Shown: positions 1 through 11,289 of the stretch, piece by piece
Numbering within the stretch: the first letter of the stretch is position 1
Layout of the letters: every line of letters begins with the position of its first letter
Source: Octopus vulgaris
Lineage: Eukaryota
Assembly: GCA_951406725.2 (NCBI GenBank)
Contig: OX597827.1
Span: 21,266,001-21,330,000 of the forward strand
Reading direction: 5' to 3'
DNA length: 64,000 nucleotides
Position numbers and translations under genes: made by a program
Notes under the pieces: model-generated
The model's input: the letters and a program-made list of their open reading frames with translations, nothing else
Told to the model about the DNA's origin: nothing
The model's database searches: none

Positions 1-42
1 ACCATTATCATAGAATGTGAAGAAAAACAGAACCAATCTTAC

Positions 43-156
43 CCAATTTAAGAGCCAAATTCTTCCAGTTTGGATGGCGACCAGCAGCATTTAACTTGTC
101 TAGACATAAGAAGCGTTCAAAATGAATGAGATGACAGTCAAATCCTTTCTTATTAC
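43..156 (-). CDS. Coding exon 3 of CARD + death-domain protein (CNKKGFDCHLIHFERFLCLDKLNAAGRHPNWKNLALKLG), start of death domain; gene continues beyond the left edge
   Basis: Acceptor ctcttctaccattgcag at 158-157, 114 nt, phase 1 to phase 1 and compatible with the previous exon, donor GTAAG at 42. LDxLN...NWKxLAxKLG matches death-domain helices 1-2. Confidence 0.8.
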
Positions 157-1091
157 CTGCAATGGTAGAAGAGAAAGGAATTTAGTCAGAATACACACAC
201 ACACCCATTTTCACCACTCAACCCATTCCCCTTCTCATCTCCCTCTCTGCCTCCCACTCTCCTCATTTATTCTTATTTGTTTATTTTTATTTACTCATTC
301 ATTTATTTGGATCACCTACACTTATGATTGTGATCAATTAAATAAATAGACATAATTGCATGTTTACAGGCTGATGTTTGTCGATTGTTTATCCTCTCCA
401 TTTTCTTATTTGCCTTATATATATATATATGCATATAAGGCGTAGGAATGGCTGTGTGGTAAGTAGCTTGCTTACGAACCACATGGTTCCGGGTTCAGTC
501 CCACTACGTGGCACCTTGGGCAAGTGTCTTCTACTATAGCCTCGGATTTGGTAGACGGAAACTGAAAGAAGCCCATCGTATATGTGTATATATATATATA
601 TATATATGATTTCAACAATTGAGGGTAAAATTAATTAATTATTAATTAATTTCACCAAGTGTTCAGTATGCAAAGGGACTTTCGTGAGTTGAGTTGACCA
701 AACACTATACGAGAGAGATTTTCTTTAAGTATTAGAAATGGTTTTTAAAAAAGTTTTTTAGCTGCTATTTCTAATGAGTTCAGTATGCGGCAAAGTAATT
801 TATTTTACTAAGCCCTTTTATATATTATATATATATATGTATATGTATGTGTGTGTATATGTTTGTGTGTCTGTGTTTGTCCCCACAACATCGCTTGACA
901 ACCGATGCTGGTGTGATTACGTCCCCGTAACTTAGCGGTTTGGCAAAAGAGACCGATTGAATAAGTACTAGGCTTACAAAGAATAAGTCCTGGGGTCGAT
1001 TTGCTCAACTAAAGGCGGTGCTCCAGCATGGCCACAGTCACATGACTGAAACAAGTAAAAAGAGTAAAGAGAATATGTGTATATATATATA

Positions 1092-1139
<48 letters not shown>

Positions 1140-1192
1140 TATATATATGCGTATATATATGCGCATATATATATATATACACGCACACACAC

Positions 1193-1243
<51 letters not shown>

Positions 1244-1519
1244 TATATTGTTCACTGATATTTTTTCCTGACATGTCTGTAATGCATTTGTGACTATTCA
1301 GTGGTACAGAAGTATTTTTCACTTCTATCTTTTAGCGATGTAGGTGCTCATGTAGTGCTCTTGTGTATATATATACATACCTAATATTGTATGTATATAT
1401 TTTGTCAATTTGCCTGTACGGTTGATAATTCACTTGCCACTCGTGATAGTATTTTAATAATACCATCCCTATATTTATTTATACATATATATCTTTCCAA
1501 GTGCATATTACTAATTTGG

Positions 1520-2210
1520 TGATAAAATGCAGATGGCTAGCTGGATGGATTCTCTGAACTTTCAGAACAAGAGAGAAGGAGACACTGATGGTCCTTTGGA
1601 AAGCATTCATCCTCAGCTGCTTGGACTACTGCTCCCAACTATGGTCACCACACAATATAAAGCTAACAGCAGAACTCGAAGCAATTCAACGAAGCTACAC
1701 TAAGAAGATTGTCTCAATGCAACATATCAGCTACTGGGAAAGACTGAAAGTATTAAAACTCTTCTCCCTGGAGTGAAGTCGGGAGAGATATGCAGTGATA
1801 TACATCTGGAAAATCCTGGAGGGTCTTGTCCCAAACTTTGGCATTCAAAGTTACCCCAATCGCAGAACGGGGTGCCACTGCATGGTAACAAAGATTCCAA
1901 CATCACCATCAAAATACAGGACCAGATACTGCAACAGCTTGGGTTTCAGAGGACCACAGCTCTTCAACATCCTCCCTAAATGCCTGAGAAACCTGCATGG
2001 TGTGGATGTGGGTTTCTTTAAAACTAAACTGTATCTCTTCTTGTCGGGGGTCCCAGATGAACCTACCTCTCGGCAGGAAACACAGATGCGGGCAGCAGCA
2101 TCGAATTCCCTTGTTGATCAAGTGCCACATATCAGAAGTGGTTTCACATACTAGTGTAGCTCATTCAACGGCGGTGCCCCAGCATGGCCGCAGCCTTCAG
2201 GCTGAAACAT
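1520..2210 (+). mobile_element. CR1/L2-group LINE 3' fragment (C-terminal ORF2 plus 3' tail)
   Basis: Translates as LWKAFILSCLDYCSQLWSPH...LEAIQRSYTKKI...YWERLKVLKLFSLE*..R, the typical C-terminus of CR1-group ORF2, with an internal stop. Confidence 0.85.
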
Positions 2211-2998
2211 TTTTAAGGATTTATATATATATATATGGTTTTGGGTTCAGTCCCACTATGTTGTACCTTTGGCAAGTGTCTTCTACTTTAGCCTCGGGCC
2301 AACCAAAGTCTTGTGAATGGATTTGGTAGATGGAAATTGAAAGAAGCCTGTTGTGCATATATATATATGTATGTATGTATGTATGTATGCATGTATGTAT
2401 GTATGTATGCATGCATGTATGTATGTGTGTGTTTGTGTCTGTGTTTGTCCCCCACCATCATCATTTGACAGCCGATGTTGGTTTGTTTCTGTCCCTGTAA
2501 CTTAGCAGTTCAGCAAAAAAGACCAATACAACAAGTACTAGGCTTACAAAGAATAAATCCTGGGCTCAATTTTTTCGACTAAACCCCCACCCTTGAAGGT
2601 GGTACTCCAGCATGGCCGCAGTCAAATGACAAACAAATAAAAGAATATATATATATGACAGGCTTCTTTCAGTCTCTATTTACCAAATCCACTCATAATT
2701 CTTTGAGCTGCCCAGGCCTATAGTAGAAGACACTTGCCTCACAGTGTAACAACCTGGAACAATATGGTTGGAAAGCAAATATTCTTCCCATACTTTTGAC
2801 AATATATAACACAATACATAACACAAAACATGGATTATGTGATACATATGAACATGGGTCCAAAGTGCAGTGCAGTTGGATCGAACCTGAAATTGTGGAG
2901 TTGCAAAAGAAACTTCTTAAGCACACAGCCATACAATACACTTTTCCTCTGTTTTTCTAAATCTACTTCTCACTCTACCTCTCTAACGTTATACTTAC

Positions 2999-3164
2999 AA
3001 ATCCATTGGCTGAATTCATTAGCAATAGCTTTCTTATTTATGGCATTAGATCTCAATGCTTTCACCAAATTACAATCCCAATTGTCAAATCTAGGAAGTT
3101 CTCTTATAAGTTCCATCATGCCCAATTTACGGCCGCGTCTGTCAATTGTGCATTCTATTCCTTC
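2999..3164 (-). CDS. Coding exon 2 of CARD + death-domain protein (EGIECTIDRRGRKLGMMELIRELPRFDNWDCNLVKALRSNAINKKAIANEFSQWI), second half of CARD
   Basis: Acceptor tctttttcacag, 166 nt open frame, donor GTAAGT at 2998 (phase 1). The ELxxxLPRxxxWxxxLVxALR pattern is typical of RIG-I/MAVS-type CARDs. Confidence 0.88.
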
Positions 3165-4116
3165 CTGTGAAAAAGAAAGACTGATGATATAAAATAGGCA
3201 AGAAATGTTGGTGTCGTAGTTGTTGTCATTATTATTAAGAAGGCAGAAAGCTGGGAGAATAGTTAGCATGACACACAGTCTACCACCAGCACACAAAATA
3301 GAATTGATAATCAACAGGAAGAAACAAAACAAGGAAGTAATTAAAAGAAAAACAAAAAAACAAATGGCTAACTTTTATACCAAGCGTAAACAACAACAAC
3401 AAACAAAAAACACAAATTAACAACATCTGCAGGACTTTTTCCTTCCATAGGAAACACAAAAGGGGAATTCAGAAAAGCCAAATTCTTCAGAACAATGTCA
3501 CAAACATTTCAAATGTTTCATTTCTAACAAATGCAACTTTGACTATTTCTGCCTCAAACAAATGAGTTTCTACGACTAAACAAATGGCAATGTCTCACTA
3601 AACCATTTTTTTTTTTTTGGTATCAACCAGTCTGAGACCATTCCTGGTTCTCTGACACAAACTTCATTGTTTTAAAGAGATCTCTAAGTTAAAAAAACCT
3701 TCCATCATAAATTCATGTTAGTATTCCAAACACCATCCATATGTGGACTCTACAGCAAGTCACCTTACATCTGTTCCCTCAACAGCTTTCAACAGGCACA
3801 AACTCACATGCTCAATAATACTCCATCCCTCCCAGTTCAGGGGGTTCTTGCCTTGCAAGGTATTTGCTTATCTTGCTGGTGCCACACAAAAAAAGCACTG
3901 GCAATCATCATCATCATCATTTAGCATCTACTTTCCATGCTGGCATGGGTTAGACAGTTTGGTTGAAACTGGTAAGCCAGAGAGCTGCACCAGGTTCCAA
4001 TCTGATTTGGTTTGCTTTCTGTGGCTGGATGCCCTTCCTAACACCAACCATTCCAAGAGTGTAATGGGTGCCTTTTACATGCTACTGGCACAGGTACCAA
4101 CTATGATTTCTCTTAT

Positions 4117-4290
4117 AGGGAAAGTTTATGAAAAAAACAAAAGGCGAAGACAGGTGGTGTACAAAACAAACAGATGTATTAGTATAACACTCAGGAATAG
4201 AAAAAGCCTTTTACATTTCGAGCCTATGCTCTTCTACAGAAAGGGACACAGAAAAAACAAGGAGAGAAAAAAAGGAGAGAAGAAAAATGT
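4117..4290 (-). mobile_element. Short Penelope-type terminal element carrying a hammerhead-like motif; homologous copy at 15741-15858(+), related copy at about 8370-8520(+)
   Basis: 4117-4233 is the reverse complement of 15741-15858 with substitutions; contains GAGC-xTAG-GCTC-GAAA. Confidence 0.6.
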
Positions 4291-4850
4291 GTGTAGTGGC
4301 TAATGATCTATCGCTTGATGTGTCTTCTCAAGTATGGCACATCGTTAAAAGTCTCCATCACTTATCTCCTCCACAAAGCCTAATGTTTGAAAAGTGCTTT
4401 TCATGTGCCACCGGCATGGTTGCCAGTCACATGACATTGGCACCAGCCATGACAGGTCTTCTCAAGCACAGCATATTGCCAAAGGGCTCGGTCACTTGTC
4501 TTTGCTTCCAAGAGGTTCAACATTCAAAGATCATGCTTCACCACCTTGTCTTATGTCTTCCTGGGTCTACTTCTATCACAGTTAGAGAGTGAGACTTCTT
4601 TACACAGCTGTCCTTGTCCATATGCATCACATGACCATACCAACGCAGTCATCTCCCTTGCACACCACATCTGATGCCTCTTATGCCCAGCTTTTTTCTC
4701 AAGATGCTTACACTCAAACATGCACACTGACATTATCCATCCAGTGGAGCATACTGGCTTCATTTCTTTCAAGCCTACACATGTCCTCAGCTGTCACAGC
4801 CCATGTTTCACTCCCATGTGGCATGGCTGTTCACACACAGGCGTTAGTGA
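4290..4850 (-). mobile_element. RTE-clade LINE 3' fragment
   Basis: Decayed C-terminal ORF motifs (L.EK.GIRGIRCG...L.WYGHV...RPRKT..VVKHDL). Confidence 0.75.
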
Positions 4851-4859
4851 CTTCAAGCT

Positions 4860-5910
4860 ACTAGCACAAAGGATTCCATGAATCAAGCCAGTTTGGAAAA
4901 GAAGGATATGGAAGTTTAAGGATCTTTCGAATAGTCAGATTTAGAGAAGTCCTAACTGAAGCATTTAATGAGAAGGAGAAGGAGTTACAGAGTGGTAAAA
5001 TAGAGGATAACTGGAAGTTCCTATGCAACAACTTGTTGAGAACTACAGACCAAATCTGTGGTTGGTGTAAAGTCCTGATCAGGCTTGGGGTGACGTGGTG
5101 GTAGAACAGTGTAGCTGACAGGACCATTAGAACAAAGAAAAAGGACTGGAAGGGTGGCATTAGCAAATAGTCAAACAGAAAGGAAGAAGTTTGCCAATGT
5201 TCTACAGCACGAGGACCAGCAGCTTGAAGTGTTTTAGTTTGCGAGTCAGTGTGCCAGGAAAAATTGTGATGTTGTTGGAGAGAAGTGTGTTTACATGGAT
5301 GATGGCTTACTTGCAGGTAATGGCTCTGCAAAAGAAGAGGCTTGGCAGTGCCACTACAAAAGGCTACTAAATGTAGAGAACTCACGAGACAAAGAGTCTG
5401 CTTATTGTGGATCCAACTGAGGGACCAGCAATCCGAATAGACAGTAGCATGGTAGATAAAGCCATGAAGGATATGAAGACCAGCAAAGCCGCTGGTCCAT
5501 CAGAAATCACCTCTGAGATGCTTAAAATATCTGGCAGTGTGGATTAGGGTTTAGTTACCTGTATAGTTAATCAGGCTGTATGCAAGGGATTCGTACACAA
5601 TGACTGGTGTAGCAGTACCATAGTCAACTGCTACAAAGGTAAAGGTGATGACCAAGTAATTAGGGAGAGAGTTAGTCTAGATGAGATGCAGTTTGGTTTT
5701 GTGCCAGGGAGAATCACCACTGATGCTATATTTCTGGTAAAGCTGCTGCAGAAGAAGTACTTAGCCAAAAATAAACCTCTTTCATTGACTCCCTTATCTG
5801 GTGATCAATGCAGAAACTAGGGATAGATAAGTGGTTGGTGAGACCTGTACAAGCCATGTACAGGAATGCTGTCCGTAAGGTGAGGGTTGGCAACAAGTAT
5901 AGCGTTGAAT
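4860..5910 (+). mobile_element. RTE-clade LINE internal (RT) fragment, decayed
   Basis: KAAGPSEITSEMLK, YKGKGD and LDEMQFGFVPGRxTTDAIFL RT motifs with stops and frameshifts. Confidence 0.8.
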
Positions 5911-6149
5911 TAAAAAAAAACACTGTCCTGGAGCCACATACAAAGCATTGATGGTGCCATGTATAAAGCACTGGAAAACAGTCAGTAAGTCACTGAAGTA
6001 TTTTAGGTCTGTTATTTCAGAAGAGAGCAAGGAATAAATACAAATAATAACAAATATCAATGGCAGAGATACAGTTAATAACACAGTTAGGAGAGAGAGA
6101 ATGAGAGAGAGAGAGAGAGAGAGAGAAAGAAAGAAAGAGGGAGACTTAC

Positions 6150-6245
6150 ACTAGTCATAGGATTTAAACCTTTTAGTTCGCTCAGCAACTGTCTAGCGTC
6201 GACTTCACTCACCAGCCTTTGAGCAATCTTCTCAGGTATTTCCAT
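6150..6245 (-). CDS. Coding exon 1 of CARD + death-domain protein (MEIPEKIAQRLVSEVDARQLLSELKGLNPMTS)
   Basis: Acceptor ttccttttag at 6259-6258, in-frame TAA just upstream of ATG 6245, 96 nt (32 codons), donor GTAAGT at 6149, phase 0. Joins in frame to the exon at 3164. Confidence 0.85.
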
Positions 6246-6339
6246 GATTTCTTAAATCTAAAAGGAAATAAATAAATCTATAAACCATGGTTTAGTTAGA
6301 TAAGCAAATATTTAGCTTATCTACCAAAATCACATCACC

Positions 6340-6445
<106 letters not shown>

Positions 6446-7026
6446 TTTGTATGTGAAAAGAGCTTGTGAAATGAGACCTAGAAAGATATGGAACAAATTA
6501 GTGAAAACCTAGCACGAAACTTTGAACATCATGGAGGAGATAAGAAAGGATCAAGGTGACTGATGTTAAGTAGTGCATTTTGGTGAATCTGCTGTTCTGG
6601 AATCATAATGTATACATACACAACTGGGACCCGAGCTCAATTAGCTTGTCAAGCCTTCCCTCGAATCCTCTCATCTTTCACTGATCCCTCCATCACTTGC
6701 TTAACTGCTGCTGTAATAATATGAGGGCAAGAATGCGTATTTCATCATCATTTTTTTCTGTAATATCTGTTAAGGAATATGGTGATGAATACATAAAATT
6801 ACTACTATCATCATCATCATCGTTTAACGTCTGCTTTCCATGCTAGCATGGGTTGGACGGTTCAACTGGGGTCTGGGAAGCCAGAAGGCTGCACCAGGCC
6901 CAGTCAGATCTGGCAGTGTTTCTACAGCTGGATGCCCTTCCCAATGCCAACCACTCCGTGAGTGTAGTGGGTGCTTTTTATGTGCCAGACGAGGCTGGCA
7001 AACGGCCACGATCGGATGGTGCTTTG

Positions 7027-7570
7027 ACACCTATCACAGCTGGTCTGGTATGTCCTTCCCATCACCTAAGTAACTTTGTTGACATCTTTTTGAAACCATT
7101 CTTTACCCATATATTGAATTTCATTTGGGATTTCATATCACATCTACCTAAAACACGGAAACTGAATGTTATTGGTTATTTTTCATGCAGTAAGCCTTTA
7201 AACAAATATTCCACATAGTTTAGAAATAATTGTAAACATAAACAAGCAATCCCAAGTATATTCACCATAGACTTTTAATGGAAATAACTACAAAGATAGA
7301 GGTACAGTGATGGGAACAAATTTTGCTCCAGTTTATGTAAACTCAGTAATTGGATACTAGGGACAAAACTGTATGAAAGATTAAAAAAAATATTAAAGGA
7401 AATATATAGAGGGCACATGGAAAGAACATCTTGATGATTGTTTCCTAATTTGGACAAAATTGTAGATACTTTGAAAGAACTCCATGTCATTTTGAACAAT
7501 CTACATCTAACTCTGAAAGTCATAAATTAGATGAGCAACACAAAATTACCCTTTCTTGATATAATGGTAA
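7027..7570 (+). mobile_element. Penelope-like element reverse-transcriptase fragment
   Basis: Decayed PITAGxxCPSHHLSNFVDIFLKPF, TNIPH, MGTxFAP, LDDxF and ILNNLH...KLPFLDI motifs. Confidence 0.75.
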
Positions 7571-7571
7571 T

Positions 7572-8302
7572 GTTTTCCATGCTAGCATGGGTTGAACGGT
7601 TTGACCAGGGTCTGGGAAGCCAGGAGGCTGCACCAGGCTCCAGTCTGATCTGGCAGTGTTTCTACAGCTGGATGCCCTTCCTAACGCCAACCACTTCGTG
7701 AGTGTAGTGGGTGCTTTTTATGTGCCACCGGCATAGGAGCCAGAGGAGGCTGGCAAACAGCCATGATTGGTTGGTGCTTTTTACATGTCACCGACACAGA
7801 CACCAATCAGACGGTGCTGGCATTAGCCATGTTTGGATGGTGCTTTTTACGTGCCACCGGTACGGGTATCATAAACTACAATATCCATTTGATTTTTATT
7901 TTGATGTTGACATACTTGACTCAATAGGTCTCCTCAACCACAGCGGGTCACCCTACAATGAACTCACTTCATTTGTCAAGTCTTCGCAGTCACAGCATAT
8001 CTCAGATGTCTCGGTCTTTAGTCATTTCCTCTGTGAGGCCCAACATGCCACCGGCATGGGTATCACAACTACAATACCCATTTGATTTTTATTTTGATGT
8101 TGATGAACTTGACTCAACAGGTCTCCTCAAGCACAGCAGGTTGCCCTACGATCCAAGGTTAGCACAGCAGGCTGTCCTGCGAGCCATGAACTCACTTCAT
8201 TTGTCGGGTCTTCGCAGTCACAGCATATTTCCAGAGGTCTCAGTATTTCGTCATAGCCTCTGTGAGATCCAATGTTTGAAGGTCATGCTTGACCACCTCA
8301 CC
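7572..8302 (-). mobile_element. RTE LINE 3' end (ORF end plus repeat-containing 3' UTR), with internal duplication
   Basis: GEVVKHDLxTLxLTEAMT ORF end followed by GTGCC-NNN-GGCAC units and the conserved terminal block. Confidence 0.75.
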
Positions 8303-8546
8303 CCTTATATATACATATATATGTACACACACACACGCATATATATGTGTGTGACCGCGTGTGTACCGTTGGTGATTTTTTTCCTCTGTCTTCCCTTCTC
8401 TGGATCTTTCCTTCAGAGCTCTGCTCGAAACCTTAAACCTTTCCTGAGCGTCCAATAATACTATATTTGTTCCACGTCCTCGCGTTGTTATTTTTTGTGC
8501 TTTCTTGTTTGGATTAACTTTATATACATACATATATAGGTACATG

Positions 8547-8585
<39 letters not shown>

Positions 8586-8769
8586 GTACATATATACATA
8601 CATTTATTTTTTTATTTATTTGTTTCAGCCAAGTGGCTGTGGTTGTGCTGGAGCACCACCATGACTTTCCCTCCTTATGCTGTGCTCTCTGCACATTCCT
8701 TGCATGGCTCTTCTCCACCACCTGATGTAGTCCAATTAAGACTTTCAATGGTACATCTGGTGTATAAGA

Positions 8770-8948
8770 GAATTTGACATCAACTGTGTCTCATTTCGAG
8801 CCATCGGTTCGTCTGGTATCGTGGATAGGAAAGTGTCGAGTTTTGTTTTGAAGACCTCTATATCAATGTCTTACAGGTCTCTCGATTGTTTTGGCAGGAC
8901 ATTAAAATGCTGAGGTCCTCTGAAACTGAGGCTGTTGCAGTACCTTGT
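8770..8948 (-). mobile_element. Second 3' fragment of a CR1-like LINE
   Basis: Reverse complement resembles about 1925-2100 (tactgcaacagc...tttcagaggacc...gatgaacc). Confidence 0.65.
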
Positions 8949-9608
8949 AAGGAAGTAACGCTTAGCAATAAGAATAAAGAATATATTACTAAAATGAATG
9001 TTTACGTTCTAAGGCAGCAAGCTGGCAGAGACATTAGTGCACCGGGCGAAATGCTTAATGGTATTTCGTCTGTGTTTACACTTTGAGTTCAAACTCCACT
9101 GAGGTCGACTTTGCTTTTTATCCATTTTGGATCTGTTCAATTTGACATACAGATTATTTAATTAATTTTTTTTACCTAAACACTTTGAAACATCTGACAC
9201 TGGTACTATGCGTCACATACAACAGGGTTTACTTTTAACATTTTTGACAAAATTTTGTATTTTAGAAGTTATTTCGTTACAAGTTACAGAGTGACAATGG
9301 ACAAATTCATGTTTGATAAGTGCCAAAACTTGAAACTCTCAGCTTTTGACTTACTCTCTAACTTCTGCAATGATATATATGCATATTATACATATATGTG
9401 TAAAAAAGTCTCATCACGTAATCAAACCAATGAAAGAGCCTCTACCTGGTCGCTCGACATGCTAAAAATAGCAGCCAATGTATCCCCCTACCCAGTATTT
9501 TATAAGGTAAAATCCTAAATTTTTAATTGACACATTATTAATTATCTTATAACAACAATGCCTGGAAAAATCATGGATTACATCGAAAAATGCGAGCATG
9601 AAAAGTAA

Positions 9609-9736
9609 TATTACTGTGTGTTAAAGCCACACACTTTAATGGGACTCTAAAGTCAAACAACTTCAATAAGTATACACATGTATACTTATTGACTTTAGAG
9701 TCCCATTAAAGCATGTGGCTTTTACACACTGTAATA
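9609..9736. repeat. Palindromic element of about 128 bp (MITE-like hairpin)
   Basis: CTTTAATGGGACTCTAAAGTCAA pairs with TTGACTTTAGAGTCCCATTAAAG; inner arm TAAGTATAC/GTATACTTA. Confidence 0.85.
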
Positions 9737-9742
9737 GCCTTT

Positions 9743-10213
9743 GATATTATAATGTATTTAATGTATAAAAGAAAAAATTTAATACCTTGTATTAATTTTT
9801 TTTCCTTAATTGGTTTACGCACTGGCTACTCAATAAAATCTTGTATAGATTTTAGCCTTTTATTTTATATATTTATGCAGAATGCTCGTGTAATTAAGGA
9901 ATTTGTATCCAAACCATTTCGTTTCGGTCCTACTGTGTTGCAACTTGGAAAATACCTTCTTCTGTGATACACGATCCCTATTGATCGTTTCTTTTTCTTT
10001 CCCTTTTACGATCCCTTCTGATCAAAAACCTACCCCACTTTTTTCTCCCCCAAAAGAAAAGCTCTACTTTGTAATCTGTCCCATCTGTGTTCAGCCCTGT
10101 GTGACTAATAAAGAAACATATTATAGCCCCAGCTAGCCAAGCCTTTGTGAACAGATTTGGTAGATGAAAACTGAAAGAAGCCTGCTATTATATATGTATT
10201 ATATATGCATACA
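9743..10213 (+). repeat. Local direct duplication; second copy at 16974-17374
   Basis: Near-identical sequence from atattataatgtatttaatg to gcatac; the second copy lacks about 65 bp between two AAAGAA motifs. Confidence 0.92.
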
Positions 10214-11289
10214 TGTGCTTGTGTGCTCTTGTATTGACACTTTGCAACGGTTCACAACATGCATCACTATCATGTAAGCAGTATTGTTAATTTCTAATCT
10301 TCTGTAAAAACATGTCTGGCCATAGAGAAATATTATCTTTCTTGGAAACAAGTGAAGGCATTTGATCATAGAAAATTGGCCTCAATGACTTTCTCCTGAC
10401 CCATGTAAAATGGATATTAATATGATGATATGAAATATACTGAGGTGTAGTCAAAATTCTGAAGAAAGAAAATTTAACTCTATTACATTGTTATTATTAT
10501 ATTCTCCTTAATAAAGGTTAACATTTTGCCGTTTAATTCCATTCATTGTATGTATCTCTGTTTTGATCACAATTTTGGTGAGAAAAAGTGTGTACTAAAC
10601 ATGGAGGTTTATAATAGGTTTTGAAAAGTTCCCACTGCATGGCACTTTGGGCAAGTGTCTTCTACTAAAGCCTCAGGCTGACCAAAGCCTTGTGAGTGGA
10701 TTTGGTAGACGGAAACTGAAAGAAGCCCGTCGTAAATATATGTATGTATGTATGTATGTATGTAAGTGTTTGTGTGTCTGTTTGTGCCACCAACATTGCT
10801 TGGCAACCGATGCTAGTGTGTTTACGTCCCTGTAACTTAGCGATTCAGCAAAAGAGACTGACAGAATAAGTAATAGGCTTACAAAGAATAAGTCCTGGGG
10901 TCGATTTGTTCGACTAAAGGCAGTGCTCCTGCATGGGTGAAGTCAAATGACTGAAACAAGTAAAAGAATAAAAGAATATATATATATATAAAAACACACA
11001 CACACACCTATACATATATACATAAATTCACATTCCAGGGTGCAGACATCCATTGACTGGCCAATGTCCACACCTCCACATTAATCACTTCTGATTCTTA
11101 TGTGCAAAGTATGTTAAATCCATCCTTCAATATCGTCTCCATCCATTTCAGTTTGGCTTCATACTGTAGAAATTTATTTACTTTGAGTTGATTTATGATT
11201 CCATATCAACAGATTCGTACAGCGACAAATACAGATTTATGCACACAAACACACACAATGTATATGAATATATTTCACATCTAAAGAAG

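Noticed and set aside
974-1322. YI/IY-rich ORFs here and at 15215-16597 and 50944-51276
   Set aside because: They are translations of (AT)n microsatellites, which lack stop codons.
2970-3332. 120-aa single-exon ORF as listed in the track
   Set aside because: Only 3164-2999 is bounded by splice sites; the rest is intron read-through.
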